Notes: generated by a model not told the origin, from the sequence alone. DNA of 64,000 nt from an uncultured Prevotellaceae bacterium (GCA_900316645.1 ONDP01000007.1:4893-68892), one strand, 5' to 3'; shown: positions 19,394 to 30,467, counted from the first letter of the stretch. Numbers and translations: made by a program.

Positions 19394-20908
19394 ATGAACG
19401 ATTTACTGTTAAACATCGATGCAGGAGCCATCAACTGGGCAAGAGCACAGTTTGCTCTGACTGCCATTTATCATTGGCTGTTCGTTCCCTTGACTCTGGG
19501 ACTAGCTGTTATTATGGGCATCTGCGAGACGAAGTATTATCGGACGCAAGATGTCTTTTGGAAAGACACTGCCAAATTCTGGCAGAAATTGTTTGGCGTC
19601 AATTTCGCGATGGGTGTTGCCACAGGTATCATCCTCGAATTTGAGTTTGGCACCAATTGGTCGAACTACTCCTGGTTTGTTGGAGACATCTTCGGTGCGC
19701 CATTGGCCATTGAGGGAATTTTGGCTTTCTTCATGGAATCGACATTCGTAGCCGTAATGTATTTTGGATGGAACAAGGTTTCCAAAGGTTTCCATCTGGC
19801 ATCCACATGGCTCACAGGTTTGGGGGCGACTATTTCGGCTTGGTGGATTCTGGTAGCCAATGCCTGGATGCAGCATCCGGTGGGTTGCGAGTTTAATCCC
19901 GACACTATGCGCAACGAAATGGTTGATTTCTTTGCCGTGGCTTTTTCGCCATTTGCCGTGGGAAAATTCTGTCACACAGTTATATCTGCTTGGATCATCG
20001 GAGCGGTATTCGTAGTGGCCGTATGCAGTTGGTATCTGATGAAAAAGCGCGAGATTCGCTTAGCAAAGGAGAGTATTAAGATCGCAGCCATTGTTGGACT
20101 GATAGCATCTTTAGGTGCGGCATTTACAGGTCATGTCAGTGGCCAACAGGTGGCCGAGTATCAGCCGATGAAGATGGCGGCAATTGAGGGGCTGTACGAT
20201 GGTGGTACTGAACAAGGACTGGCTATTGTGCCGGGCATTGAGGTACCTTATGCTCTAAGCGTCATGGCTACCAACGCCCCTAAGGGCTACGTGCCAGGTA
20301 TCAATGATATCCTGAATGGTTATACCTCTCCTGACGGAAGACGTGAACCTTCGATTGACGAAAAGATTGAACGAGGTAAGCAGGCTATCACTGCCTTGGT
20401 TGCTTATCGGAAAGCGAAAAGTGATGGGGCGAACGAGATAGTTATCAATCAACAATTATCCATTATCAAGTCCAACATACAGTATATGGGCTATGGTTAT
20501 GTAAAGGATAAGCATGATGTGGTACCACCGGTATTGATAAATTTCTGGGCTTTCCGTGTCATGGTAGGAATGGGATGTTTGTTCATTTTGTTCTTCGGGG
20601 TACTAACAATAATATCATTCCGCGACTATGACATCAGCGGCCTACCGGCTTGGCACTATTGGGTAGCTATCGCATTAGTACCTCTAGCCTATATTGCATC
20701 AGAGAGTGGATGGTTGGTGGCTGAGTTTGGACGACAGCCATGGACGATTCAGGACATGTTACCCACATGGGTGGCTGTCAGCGATGTCAGCGGCAATGCC
20801 GTTGCACTCACTTTCTGTATTTTCCTGTTCTTGTTCACGCTGATGCTGGCGGTGGAAATCAATATTCTATTGAAGCAGATCCAAAAGGGACCGGAGCGTG
20901 AGAATTGA
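19394..20908 (+). CDS. cydA: Cytochrome bd ubiquinol oxidase subunit I
   Basis: HWLFVPLTLG, EFGTNW, QPMKMAAIEG and GRQPW motifs. Confidence 0.97.
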   Translation: MNDLLLNIDAGAINWARAQFALTAIYHWLFVPLTLGLAVIMGICETKYYRTQDVFWKDTAKFWQKLFGVNFAMGVATGIILEFEFGTNWSNYSWFVGDIFGAPLAIEGILAFFMESTFVAVMYFGWNKVSKGFHLASTWLTGLGATISAWWILVANAWMQHPVGCEFNPDTMRNEMVDFFAVAFSPFAVGKFCHTVISAWIIGAVFVVAVCSWYLMKKREIRLAKESIKIAAIVGLIASLGAAFTGHVSGQQVAEYQPMKMAAIEGLYDGGTEQGLAIVPGIEVPYALSVMATNAPKGYVPGINDILNGYTSPDGRREPSIDEKIERGKQAITALVAYRKAKSDGANEIVINQQLSIIKSNIQYMGYGYVKDKHDVVPPVLINFWAFRVMVGMGCLFILFFGVLTIISFRDYDISGLPAWHYWVAIALVPLAYIASESGWLVAEFGRQPWTIQDMLPTWVAVSDVSGNAVALTFCIFLFLFTLMLAVEINILLKQIQKGPEREN

Positions 20909-20937
20909 CTATTGAAAAATGATAATTGAGAATTGCT
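20903..20937 (+). repeat. Heptamer array (AATTGAN) filling the cydA-cydB gap
   Basis: AATTGAC TATTGAA AAATGAT AATTGAG AATTGCT, then ATG. TGA at 20906, 20913, 20920 and 20927. Confidence 0.7.
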
Positions 20938-22083
20938 ATGACATACAGTTTCTTACAGCATTATTGGTGCTTTGTGGTTGCACTATTGGGTGCACTGCTT
21001 GTATTCCTGCTATTTGTTCAAGGAGCCAATTCCGTGGCTCGCAGTTTGGGTTGGACGGACGAGGGACGCCGTTTGGTTTATAATTCTACGGGGCGTAAGT
21101 GGGAGTTTACTTTTACCACACTCGTCACATTCGGCGGAGCCTTCTTCGCCTCCTATCCGCTATTCTACTCGACATCGTTTGGCGGAGCCTACTGGTTATG
21201 GATGCTGATTCTATTTACGTTTGTGATGCAGGCCGTCAGCTATGAGTTCCAGAATAAGATCGGCAATTTCCTTGGCCCACGAACATTCCAGTTCTGCCTA
21301 ACGCTGAACGGTATTGTAGGTCCTTTGTTACTGGGCGGAGCTGTTGCTACATTCTTCGAGGGCTCTAATTTCATTGTCGAGAAAAATAACATGATTGACG
21401 CAACGGCTTTGACACCTATCATCTCACGCTGGACCAATGCATCACACGGATTGGACGCACTGCTCAATCCGTGGGTTCTTGTCTTTGGTTTCGCCGTTGT
21501 ATTCCTGGCACGAGTATTGGGTATTCTCTATATAATAAATAATGTGGACGACGAGGATATCCGTTCACGTGGTTCGGTACGACTAGTTGGCGCAGCCATC
21601 CCGTTCGTCATCCTTTTCGTAGCATATTTGGTGCATCTGCTCGTAAAAGATGGCTTCGCATACACGGACGAGGGTGTCATCTTTATGGAACAATTCAAGT
21701 ATCTCCATAACCTATTGGAGATGTGGTATCTGCTCGTGACCTTACTCATCGGTGTTGTTCTCGTGTTATATGGCATCGGTCGCACTATCACATCACCAAA
21801 ATACATAAGCGGCATCTGGCCAGCCGGCATCGGCACCGTCCTGGCAGTCTTAGCTTTACTGCTCACATCGGCATGGAACCATACAGCGTATTATCCTTCA
21901 ACAGCCGACCTTCAGTCGTCGCTAACTATGGCCAATTCGTGTTCCAGCGAATTCACACTGCGCACCATGTTCTACGTTTCGCTACTCGTCCCATTCGTTC
22001 TGGCTTACATCGTTTATGCCTGGCGAGCCATCGACAAGAAAAAACTTACTAAGGAAGAAATAAAAACAGAGCATTCATATTAA
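20938..22083 (+). CDS. cydB: Cytochrome bd oxidase subunit II
   Basis: GRKWEFTFTTLVTFGGAFFASYP, multi-TM, follows cydA. Confidence 0.95.
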   Translation: MTYSFLQHYWCFVVALLGALLVFLLFVQGANSVARSLGWTDEGRRLVYNSTGRKWEFTFTTLVTFGGAFFASYPLFYSTSFGGAYWLWMLILFTFVMQAVSYEFQNKIGNFLGPRTFQFCLTLNGIVGPLLLGGAVATFFEGSNFIVEKNNMIDATALTPIISRWTNASHGLDALLNPWVLVFGFAVVFLARVLGILYIINNVDDEDIRSRGSVRLVGAAIPFVILFVAYLVHLLVKDGFAYTDEGVIFMEQFKYLHNLLEMWYLLVTLLIGVVLVLYGIGRTITSPKYISGIWPAGIGTVLAVLALLLTSAWNHTAYYPSTADLQSSLTMANSCSSEFTLRTMFYVSLLVPFVLAYIVYAWRAIDKKKLTKEEIKTEHSY

Positions 22084-22085
22084 AC

Positions 22086-22724
22086 ATGACACCTACAGAA
22101 TTACGCAACCAACGACTGGGCCAAAAGATGATAAAGCATCTTGAGCGCCGTCATTTCGATGCCTATTACTGCGCAACAGGAAAAGAGGCTACAGAAAAAG
22201 TGATCCAGCTGATTCCCGACGGAAGCAGCGTAACGTGGGGCGGCACTATGACCATCCGCAACTTGGGAATACCTGAGCTACTGAAACAGCGCGGCTCTCT
22301 CGATGTATGGGACCGCGACACCGTTGAGACACCAGAAGAGAAACAGGAAATGTATCATCGCGCCTTCCATGCCGACTACTACCTCAGTTCAGCCAATGCC
22401 ATCACCGAGGACGGTGTCATTGTGAACATCGACGGCAACGGCAATCGCGTGGCAGCTATCACCTGGGGACCTAAACACGTCATCTTCGTCATAGGAATGA
22501 ACAAGGTAACTCAAGACGCCGAAGCTGCCCTGAAAAGGGCTCGCTCGACAGCCAGTCCTATCAATGCAGCCCGCTTCGACATCAACACCCCATGCCAGAT
22601 TGACGGTCTGTGTCACAACTGCAATTCACCGCAGAGCATCTGTAACTACATCCATTTCTTGCGCAACAGCAGCAAACCTGGCAGAATCATCGTCATCTTA
22701 GTAGGCGAAACTCTTGGTTATTAG
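22086..22724 (+). CDS. LUD-domain (lactate utilization protein-like) protein
   Basis: SSANAIT.DG..VNIDGNGNRVAA and a C-terminal Cys cluster PC...G.C..C....IC. Confidence 0.82.
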   Translation: MTPTELRNQRLGQKMIKHLERRHFDAYYCATGKEATEKVIQLIPDGSSVTWGGTMTIRNLGIPELLKQRGSLDVWDRDTVETPEEKQEMYHRAFHADYYLSSANAITEDGVIVNIDGNGNRVAAITWGPKHVIFVIGMNKVTQDAEAALKRARSTASPINAARFDINTPCQIDGLCHNCNSPQSICNYIHFLRNSSKPGRIIVILVGETLGY

Positions 22725-22798
22725 AAAGTGAGCAATACGAAGAAAATCTCAAATAAATTTGGTTTTTCATTTGGTTTGCACTAACTTTGCCCCCCGTT

Positions 22799-24850
22799 AT
22801 GATAGTTTGTATTGCTGAGAAGCCCAGTGTGGCAAAAGATATAGCCCGTATTATCGGGGCAACAAATGCCCACGACGGGTACATGGAAGGAAATGGTTAT
22901 CAGGTGACGTGGACATTCGGTCATTTGTGTACGCTTAAGGAGCCCCACGACTATACTCCCATGTGGAGGACATGGAGTTTGTCGTCACTTCCTATTATCC
23001 CCGAACGTTTCGGCATCAAACTCATCGACCAGCCCAGCATAAAAAAGCAGTTCTCCATCATTGAGAGCCTCATGCAGAAAGCTGAACGCATTGTCAATTG
23101 TGGTGACGCCGGACAGGAGGGAGAACTCATTCAGCGTTGGGTGATGCAGAAAGCAGGTGCCAAATGTCCAGTCAGCCGACTCTGGATATCGTCAATGACG
23201 GACGAGGCTATCAACGAGGGGTTTTCGCAACTCAAAGACCAAGCTGACTACCAACCACTCTACTTGGCAGGACTTTCGCGAGCTATCGGCGACTGGCTAC
23301 TCGGCATGAACGCCACCCGACTCTATACTCTCAAATACGGGCAGAACCGACAGGTGCTATCAATCGGACGCGTTCAGACACCAACCCTCGCACTCATTGT
23401 CAACCGGCAAAAGGAAATAGAGAACTTCAAACCCGAGCCATATTGGGTGTTGGCTACTGTCTATCGCGACACTACATTCACAGCTACCAAAGGGAAATTC
23501 ACATCCAAGGAAGAGGGTGTACAAGCCTTCCAAACTATTGAGGGAAAGCCTTTTACCGTCACCAAAGTCGAAAAGAAAGAAGGCAAGGAACAACCTCCAC
23601 AGTTATATGACCTCACCACCCTGCAGGTTGAATGTAACCGCAAGTTTGGTTTCTCTGCCGAAATGACGCTTAACCTCATACAGTCGCTTTACGAAAAGAA
23701 ATTCACCACTTATCCCCGTGTCGACACCCAATTCCTCTCGGACGACATTTATCCAAAATGTCCGCAGACACTCAACGGACTTTACCTGACTAAGTTTGCA
23801 GGTCAAGCACCCTATGCGGACTTCATCAAGACCATCGGTGGAAAATCCTTGAAAAAATCGAAACGCGTCTTCGACACATCCAAAGTGACTGACCACCATG
23901 CCATCATCCCTACCGGTGTGATACCACAAGGGTTATCTGATGCCGAACAAAAAGTATTCGACCTCGTAGCACGTCGCTTCATCGGTGTATTCCTGCCAGA
24001 TTGTAAGTTCTCTACCACCACTGTTCTTGGCGAAGTAGACGGCATTGAGTTTAAGGTGACTGGTAAGGAAATTTTGGAACCTGGATGGCGTATCGTCAAA
24101 GAAAAAGGTTCTGAAAACTCGGAAAATACTGATAACCCGGAGAAAGCCGACGAGGAGCGCACACTTCCCACCTTCGTCAAAGGCGAGACAGGTGACCACC
24201 AGCCAACTCTCACTGAGAAATGGACCACTCCCCCGCCTTATTACAACGAAGCCTCACTGCTCCGTGCCATGGAAACCGCTGGTAAGTTTGTTGAAGACGA
24301 AACTCTGCGCGCAGCCATGAAAGAAAACGGCATCGGACGCCCATCGAGCCGAGCCAGCATCATCGAAACCCTCTTCAAACGCCACTATATTAAGCGCGAC
24401 AAGAAACGACTCATAGCAACACCTACAGGCATTGAGCTCATTGACCTCATCCGCGAAGAGCTCCTAAAGAGTTGTGAACTCACTGGTATCTGGGAAAAGA
24501 AACTCCGTGACATCGAGCATCAACAATACGATGCCCAGCAGTTTATCGAGGAACTAAAAGCGCAAGTCACTGAGATTGTTCGCGACGTTATGGCAGACAA
24601 CAGCAATAGACGTGTCACCGTCCTCACCGATGCCGAACTCAAGAAAGTCAAGTCAGCTAAAACTGAAAAAAAGCCCAAGTCGGCAGTCAACGCCAAACAT
24701 ACAAGTCAAAACTCCCAACTAAAACCAAACGACAGCATCATCGGACAGCCCTGCCCCCTTTGCGGCAAAGGTCACATCATCAAAGGCAGGACAGCTTATG
24801 GATGCTCCGATTACCAACACTGCTCTTGGCGCCTCCCTTTTGAAAAGTAA
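22799..24850 (+). CDS. topB: DNA topoisomerase III
   Basis: AEKPSVA, DAGQEGELI, GRVQTPTL, catalytic TYPRVD, C-terminal zinc ribbon CPLC. Confidence 0.93.
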   Translation: MIVCIAEKPSVAKDIARIIGATNAHDGYMEGNGYQVTWTFGHLCTLKEPHDYTPMWRTWSLSSLPIIPERFGIKLIDQPSIKKQFSIIESLMQKAERIVNCGDAGQEGELIQRWVMQKAGAKCPVSRLWISSMTDEAINEGFSQLKDQADYQPLYLAGLSRAIGDWLLGMNATRLYTLKYGQNRQVLSIGRVQTPTLALIVNRQKEIENFKPEPYWVLATVYRDTTFTATKGKFTSKEEGVQAFQTIEGKPFTVTKVEKKEGKEQPPQLYDLTTLQVECNRKFGFSAEMTLNLIQSLYEKKFTTYPRVDTQFLSDDIYPKCPQTLNGLYLTKFAGQAPYADFIKTIGGKSLKKSKRVFDTSKVTDHHAIIPTGVIPQGLSDAEQKVFDLVARRFIGVFLPDCKFSTTTVLGEVDGIEFKVTGKEILEPGWRIVKEKGSENSENTDNPEKADEERTLPTFVKGETGDHQPTLTEKWTTPPPYYNEASLLRAMETAGKFVEDETLRAAMKENGIGRPSSRASIIETLFKRHYIKRDKKRLIATPTGIELIDLIREELLKSCELTGIWEKKLRDIEHQQYDAQQFIEELKAQVTEIVRDVMADNSNRRVTVLTDAELKKVKSAKTEKKPKSAVNAKHTSQNSQLKPNDSIIGQPCPLCGKGHIIKGRTAYGCSDYQHCSWRLPFEK

Positions 24851-24888
24851 CAACACATTGTGGATTCCGAAAAGGAAATTATAACAAA

Positions 24889-24935
24889 AATTCGTACGAA
24901 TTATTTTGTAGTTTGACGGCTTCTTCGTATCTTTG
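24889..24935 (+). promoter_or_regulatory. Promoter of the GH94 gene with an adjacent 14-bp palindrome
   Basis: TTTG (24905-24908), N19, TATCTTTG (24928-24935); palindrome AATTCGTACGAATT at 24889-24902. Confidence 0.65.
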
Positions 24936-24970
24936 TCGAAAATTATCACTATTAACAACAAATAAAAGAC

Positions 24971-27412
24971 ATGAATGACAAACGCTATGGTCATTTCGAC
25001 GACCAACATCGCGAGTATGTGATTACTGACCCAAAGACGCCGTGGCCTTGGATTAACTATCTGGGCAACGAGGATTTCTTCTCACTCATCTCCAATACTG
25101 CTGGAGGCTATTCTTTCTACAAGGACGCCAAATTCCGACGTATCACCCGCTATCGCTACAACAACGTACCGATGGATAATGGCGGACGCTACTTTTACAT
25201 TAACGACAACGGCAACATCTGGAATCCTGGATGGAAACCTTGCAAGACGCCATTGGATTTCTACGAGTGCCGTCACGGCATGAGCTACACCCGCATCACT
25301 GGTCGTAAGAACGGCATTGAAGCCAGTGTACTTTTTTTCGTTCCGCTGAACACCTTTGCCGAAGTACAAAAGCTGACACTTACCAACCAAAGCAACGAAA
25401 CAAAAAAACTGAAACTCTTCTCGTTCGAAGAGTGGTGTTTGTGGAATGCTGCTACTGACATGGAGAATTTCCAGCGTAACTTCTCTACAGGAGAAGTCGA
25501 GATTGAGGGTAGCACCATCTATCACAAGACAGAATATCGCGAGCGTCGCAACCACTATGCTTTCTACCATGTGAATGCGGAGATTCAGGGTTTCGACACT
25601 GATCGTGAGACCTTCGTAGGACTCTATAACGAATTTGCCAATCCTGACGCTGTTGTGGAGGGTAAGCCACGCAATAGCCATGCACACGGATGGAGTCCCA
25701 TTGCCTCGCATTATATTGAGGTAGAGTTGAAGGCCGGTGAGTCGAAAGACTTCATCTTTCTGCTGGGATATGTCGAGAACGAACAGGACAAGAAGTTCGT
25801 AGCTCCACAAGTCATCAACAAGGAGAAAGCGCATGCTATTATCGAGAAACTGAACACCACAGAGAAGGTGGACAAAGCGTTTTCAGTACTCGGTAAATAC
25901 TGGGATGCCTTGCTTAATATCTATAAGGTGAACACTGGTAACGACAAACTGGACCGCATGGTAAACATCTGGAACCAATATCAGTGTATGGTCACCTTCA
26001 ATTTCTCTCGTTCTGCCAGTTTCTTCGAGAGTGGTGTAGGACGTGGCATGGGTTTCCGCGATTCAAATCAGGACTTGGTGGGCTTTGTTCATCAGATTCC
26101 ACCACGTGCCCGTCAGCGAATCATCGACATTGCTTCGACTCAGTTCCCTGACGGAGGTTGCTACCACCAGTATCAGCCACTGACTAAGCGAGGCAACAAT
26201 GACATCGGTGGTGGTTTCAATGACGACCCCTGCTGGCTTATCTTTGGCACTGTTGCTTATATCAAGGAAACGGGCGATTTCTCTATTCTCGACGAGATGG
26301 TGCCCTTCGACAACCAGCCCGGCTCTGAAGTAACACTGTTTGAACACTTGAAGGTATCAATGGATCATGTGATTAAGAACCTCGGCCCCCATCAATTGCC
26401 ATTAATAGGACGTGCAGACTGGAACGACTGTCTGAACTTGAATTGTTTCTCATGGGATCCGAACGAGAGTTTCCAGACCACTGAGAATAAGAGTGAAGGT
26501 TCGAAGGCCGAATCACTGATGATTGCCGGACTCTTCGTCGTAACTGCCAAACAGTATGTTGAACTTTGCCAAAAGATTGGCAAGGAAGAGGAGGCTAATC
26601 GTATGCAAAAGGCTATAGACGCTATGGTAACAGCTGTAAAGAAAGACGGTTGGGATGGTGAGTGGTATCTCCGTGCCTACGACTTCTTCGGCAACAAGAT
26701 TGGCTCGAACGAATGTGAGGAGGCCAAGATTTTCATCGAGAGCCAAGGCTGGTGTACGATGGCACAAATTGGTGCAGAAGACGGCATGGTTGCCAAGAGT
26801 CTCGACTCGTGCAAGAAATACCTGGAATGCGAACATGGCATGGTGCTCAACAACCCTGCTTTCAGCAAGTATATTTATGAATATGGTGAAATCAGCTCTT
26901 ACCCAGAGGGCTACAAGGAGAATGCCGGTATCTTCTGTCACAACAATCCTTGGGTCATTATCGGTGAGACGCTGGCAGGCCGAGGTAACGACGCCTGGAA
27001 CCACTACGCCAAGATTCTACCAAGTTATGTGGAGGAGAAATATCAGACACTGCACAAGGTTGAGCCATACGTAAACTGCCAGATGGTAGCTGGTAAAGAT
27101 GCTGCCAAGCCTGGCGAGGGCAAGAACTCATGGCTCACAGGTACTGCCGCATGGATGTGGCTTACTGTTTCGCAGTATATCTTAGGCATCAAACCACAGT
27201 ATGATGGTCTTCAGATTGATCCCTGTCTGCCTACCACTGCGAAGGAATACACCGTTCAGCGTAAGTTCCGTGATGCAGAATACAACATCACCATCAAGAA
27301 TCCTAACAGCAAACAGTACGGTGTCAGCCAAGTAGTGGTTGATGGTAAAGCCATTGAAGGCAACACCATCCCATATGCTGCCGGCAAGCATACAGTGGAA
27401 GTTACGATGTAG
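24971..27412 (+). CDS. GH94 cellobiose phosphorylase
   Basis: [42 protein letters not shown] and SWLTGTA motifs; 813 aa. Confidence 0.9.
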   Translation: MNDKRYGHFDDQHREYVITDPKTPWPWINYLGNEDFFSLISNTAGGYSFYKDAKFRRITRYRYNNVPMDNGGRYFYINDNGNIWNPGWKPCKTPLDFYECRHGMSYTRITGRKNGIEASVLFFVPLNTFAEVQKLTLTNQSNETKKLKLFSFEEWCLWNAATDMENFQRNFSTGEVEIEGSTIYHKTEYRERRNHYAFYHVNAEIQGFDTDRETFVGLYNEFANPDAVVEGKPRNSHAHGWSPIASHYIEVELKAGESKDFIFLLGYVENEQDKKFVAPQVINKEKAHAIIEKLNTTEKVDKAFSVLGKYWDALLNIYKVNTGNDKLDRMVNIWNQYQCMVTFNFSRSASFFESGVGRGMGFRDSNQDLVGFVHQIPPRARQRIIDIASTQFPDGGCYHQYQPLTKRGNNDIGGGFNDDPCWLIFGTVAYIKETGDFSILDEMVPFDNQPGSEVTLFEHLKVSMDHVIKNLGPHQLPLIGRADWNDCLNLNCFSWDPNESFQTTENKSEGSKAESLMIAGLFVVTAKQYVELCQKIGKEEEANRMQKAIDAMVTAVKKDGWDGEWYLRAYDFFGNKIGSNECEEAKIFIESQGWCTMAQIGAEDGMVAKSLDSCKKYLECEHGMVLNNPAFSKYIYEYGEISSYPEGYKENAGIFCHNNPWVIIGETLAGRGNDAWNHYAKILPSYVEEKYQTLHKVEPYVNCQMVAGKDAAKPGEGKNSWLTGTAAWMWLTVSQYILGIKPQYDGLQIDPCLPTTAKEYTVQRKFRDAEYNITIKNPNSKQYGVSQVVVDGKAIEGNTIPYAAGKHTVEVTM

Positions 27413-27416
27413 GGGA

Positions 27417-29606
27417 TTATAGTCTGACGAGTTGCGAGCCTGTCATCAAAGGGTCTGCGCTCGTCAGTTGAATAGCATATATGCCACTGGCCAACTGGGT
27501 CAGTGGCATTATTGTTTCCTTTTGTGGGGAGGAGAGCAGAGTCTTACTGACCAGCACTCCTGCAACAGTGTATATACTGATAGTGACAGGAAGAAGTGGT
27601 TGTTCTGCAAAGTGGAGATACAATTGCTGACCTTTCATACCTATCTGCACCCGATGAGGTTGATGCTGACTGATGGACTTGACTGCTGTCAGATTTAGGA
27701 TATCCAACAATCCCTTATAGCCGTCTATCTCACCGTAGCCATAACGGATGTTGGGATAGTCCAACATTTCCTCCGGTTGGCGACTTGTACGACTGAAGAT
27801 ACCCATAATATCGTCAGGTGTCAGCGAAGGATTAGCTTCCAGCCAAAGTGCTATCGTGCCAGCCACAACTGGGGTAGCCATCGATGTTCCAGAATTGACC
27901 CCCCAAGGATATTGCCTCCCATCCACCTCAGAATAAGCAACAAAGCTACCTGTTGCTGTAGGATGTTCTTCCAAATAATAACTACTGTATGAGGAAATAA
28001 CATTCGTACCAGGTGCTGTAATATCAGGTTTGCCAAGTCCATTGAGGGCAGGTCCTGTCGAGGAATAAGTAGCCCATTGCCCTTGTGGTGTATCGAAATT
28101 CTTAACATAATTCCCATTGGCATTCACGTAACCCTGTCGGTGGGTAGTGGCTCCCACACAGATGGTAGCAGCGAAACACCCTGGTGCCAAGACGTTATGC
28201 CCATAGGCGGCTGCGCACCATCTCGCATCGGTATTAGGCAGATTACGAAGGGCGTTAGACGACGAGCCGAAGACTTCAACACGACTTTCCTCCCCCTCTG
28301 TTACGAGAGCAATCTCAGCCAGGTCGTTCATCGCAACCGGAGCCGTCAATAACAATTCATAGATGGTGTCGTTGGGGTTTGCCGCAGAGAGATAGCGATC
28401 CATTGTAATGGTACATTCTTTTTCATCAACCACCAACACGTCTTCTATCTCTTCGTCCAATGCCATACCTGCCATCGAGAGACCTTTGGTCTGTTGGAGT
28501 TCCTTGGTTTCTTTATTATATATAATAAGGTGAACTTCCATAGGACCGTCCGCCTTGAACTTATAATAAGCTGTCTTTTTATTACAGTTGATAAAAGCAC
28601 CAACCGAAGCAACACCCTTCTGTTTTTCCATATAGGTCGGCAAAACGCTCTCATTACCTGCCGAAGCCACAAGGATACGTCCCGGACCCGTCATCTTACC
28701 AAGAAAGGCAGCAAACAGGCTGTCGTCTTGATCGATATAAGGTGTATAGCCCTCACTGTATGAGATTACGCATGGTTTGTGCTGCCGTTCGGCATAGTCG
28801 AAGATATACTTAAATCCCAAGGCATCTGTAGCAGAGGTGTATTTGTAAAAGTCAGCATTATCAATCAAGCTGGTATCGCTGGTGACTGCATTATTGACCA
28901 GACAGATATCACTTTCGAAGGCCACACCACGAAAATTGGTATCATGCCCTCCACCTGCTGCAATACCAACTGTATGTGTACCATGATTCTGTATCAGTCC
29001 GTCAGTAGCACACCCCTTTTCACTAATGGCCTGAGGGGTAAGATATTCACATCCTACGGGTAGTGCATCACCTTCCTGAGGTGCCAATTGGTCCCAGAAA
29101 GCAGATATCCTGCAGGTACCTTCCTGAGAGAAAGTTGGATGTTTCAAGTCAAAGCCTACATCCATAACACCCATCACTACCCCTTTTCCCGTATAAGCCT
29201 GATGTCGGTCTGTTTGTTGGTAGATGGGCAAGAGATTAGTCACTTTAGGTACGGTATCCATCGTAGTATGCGGCCATTGGTTTGCCTCTATACGCTGAAC
29301 AGTAGCCAATTTCGAGAATTCTTCTAATTGACTAAGGGGCAACATCACAATGGCAATATCATCCAACTGGGCATAGCGACGACACTGGTAATCGGCCAGT
29401 TGGGCATCTGTCACATTAGCATCCAACAATACGAATACCATTGTCAAATAATCCTCTTCACCACTCGGGGCCCGATGATTTCGTTGCTGATAACTTCGCA
29501 CAGTCTGCCGAAGCCAAGGCGACAACTTACCCAAGGGGAAACTACCTTGCGCCATCAGCGAGATTATCGCCATGAAGCATATAATTGTCAACCAGCAACG
29601 TTTCAT
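27417..29606 (-). CDS. S8 subtilisin-like serine peptidase, probable T9SS cargo
   Basis: Signal peptide; catalytic triad VMDVG, HGTHTVG, GTSMATP; C-terminal IYTVAG / SGIYAI CTD-like tail. Confidence 0.88.
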   Translation of the reverse strand: MKRCWLTIICFMAIISLMAQGSFPLGKLSPWLRQTVRSYQQRNHRAPSGEEDYLTMVFVLLDANVTDAQLADYQCRRYAQLDDIAIVMLPLSQLEEFSKLATVQRIEANQWPHTTMDTVPKVTNLLPIYQQTDRHQAYTGKGVVMGVMDVGFDLKHPTFSQEGTCRISAFWDQLAPQEGDALPVGCEYLTPQAISEKGCATDGLIQNHGTHTVGIAAGGGHDTNFRGVAFESDICLVNNAVTSDTSLIDNADFYKYTSATDALGFKYIFDYAERQHKPCVISYSEGYTPYIDQDDSLFAAFLGKMTGPGRILVASAGNESVLPTYMEKQKGVASVGAFINCNKKTAYYKFKADGPMEVHLIIYNKETKELQQTKGLSMAGMALDEEIEDVLVVDEKECTITMDRYLSAANPNDTIYELLLTAPVAMNDLAEIALVTEGEESRVEVFGSSSNALRNLPNTDARWCAAAYGHNVLAPGCFAATICVGATTHRQGYVNANGNYVKNFDTPQGQWATYSSTGPALNGLGKPDITAPGTNVISSYSSYYLEEHPTATGSFVAYSEVDGRQYPWGVNSGTSMATPVVAGTIALWLEANPSLTPDDIMGIFSRTSRQPEEMLDYPNIRYGYGEIDGYKGLLDILNLTAVKSISQHQPHRVQIGMKGQQLYLHFAEQPLLPVTISIYTVAGVLVSKTLLSSPQKETIMPLTQLASGIYAIQLTSADPLMTGSQLVRL

Positions 29607-29620
29607 TTTCAATTTCGTTT

Positions 29621-30358
29621 TTACAAGAACCCCTGATGCTTAAGCACCTCTAGTAGCCCTGCCGACATCGCCTCGTTGTCCTTTTTCGTATATCGGATAT
29701 CTGTAAATATCTGGGCCAGCGTTTCCTTTTTGTTGATGTCGCAAAAATGACGGTTCTCAACCAATTGCTCCTTATACTGATAATAAGTGTCAATATCTTG
29801 AGTTGTATAGTCCTTGTATGTCTCGTCATGAATAAAACTCTCCAGCGGCAGACGATCAGAAAGAGGCGGTTCCTCGGCTGGCCAGCCAACGGTAATTGTA
29901 GCCACAGGCATCACTAGCTGGGGCAGATGGAGCGTATCGATAATCATCTGAGGCATATAGACGGTAGTACCCAGAAAACAATAGCCCAACCCTTCCTCAT
30001 CCATCAAATTGCAGAGTGTCTGGGTAAAAAGCAATGCATCAATGCCCGCATTGACAAACGACAGGAAATTATCATAGCCAGGCACTGCTTTCCGATTACG
30101 TGCCCACACCGACGTGCGATTAAAGTCGGCACAAACCGTCAACACCACGGGAGCCTTAGTCACCATAGGCTGATTGAAATGGGCAGGAGCCAACTGTTGT
30201 TTCTTCTCTGCAGAACGAGTAACCACCACACTATAAAGTTGGAGATTACCCATTGTCTGTGTACGACTGGCCTCAGTCATAAGGCGATTCAGGAGCTCTT
30301 GGCTCACTTCTCGATTGCTGTATTGGCGAATGGTTCGCCGTGTTGTCAGATTCTTCAT
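29621..30358 (-). CDS. NADPH-dependent nitroreductase (NfsA/Frp-like)
   Basis: RRTIRQYS, TMGNLQLYS, GLGYCFLG and RLP motifs. Confidence 0.88.
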   Translation of the reverse strand: MKNLTTRRTIRQYSNREVSQELLNRLMTEASRTQTMGNLQLYSVVVTRSAEKKQQLAPAHFNQPMVTKAPVVLTVCADFNRTSVWARNRKAVPGYDNFLSFVNAGIDALLFTQTLCNLMDEEGLGYCFLGTTVYMPQMIIDTLHLPQLVMPVATITVGWPAEEPPLSDRLPLESFIHDETYKDYTTQDIDTYYQYKEQLVENRHFCDINKKETLAQIFTDIRYTKKDNEAMSAGLLEVLKHQGFL

Positions 30359-30362
30359 GCCT

Positions 30363-30467
30363 CAAAGGTACGAAGAATTTTCCAATTCGGGAAACTTTTC
30401 TTTAAAAATTTTATTGCAAGTTTTCCGAAAAAAATATTTGATATCTCGTTTAATCTTATTACCTTTG
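30363..30467. promoter_or_regulatory. Divergent promoters for the nitroreductase and nrdJ-like genes
   Basis: Minus-strand TACCTTTG at 30370-30363; plus-strand TTTG (30437-30440), N19, TACCTTTG (30460-30467). Confidence 0.7.

Noticed and set aside
19394-22083. Oxygen reductase in a presumed anaerobe as a novelty
   Set aside because: cydAB preceded by DUF4492 is well established in Bacteroidales.
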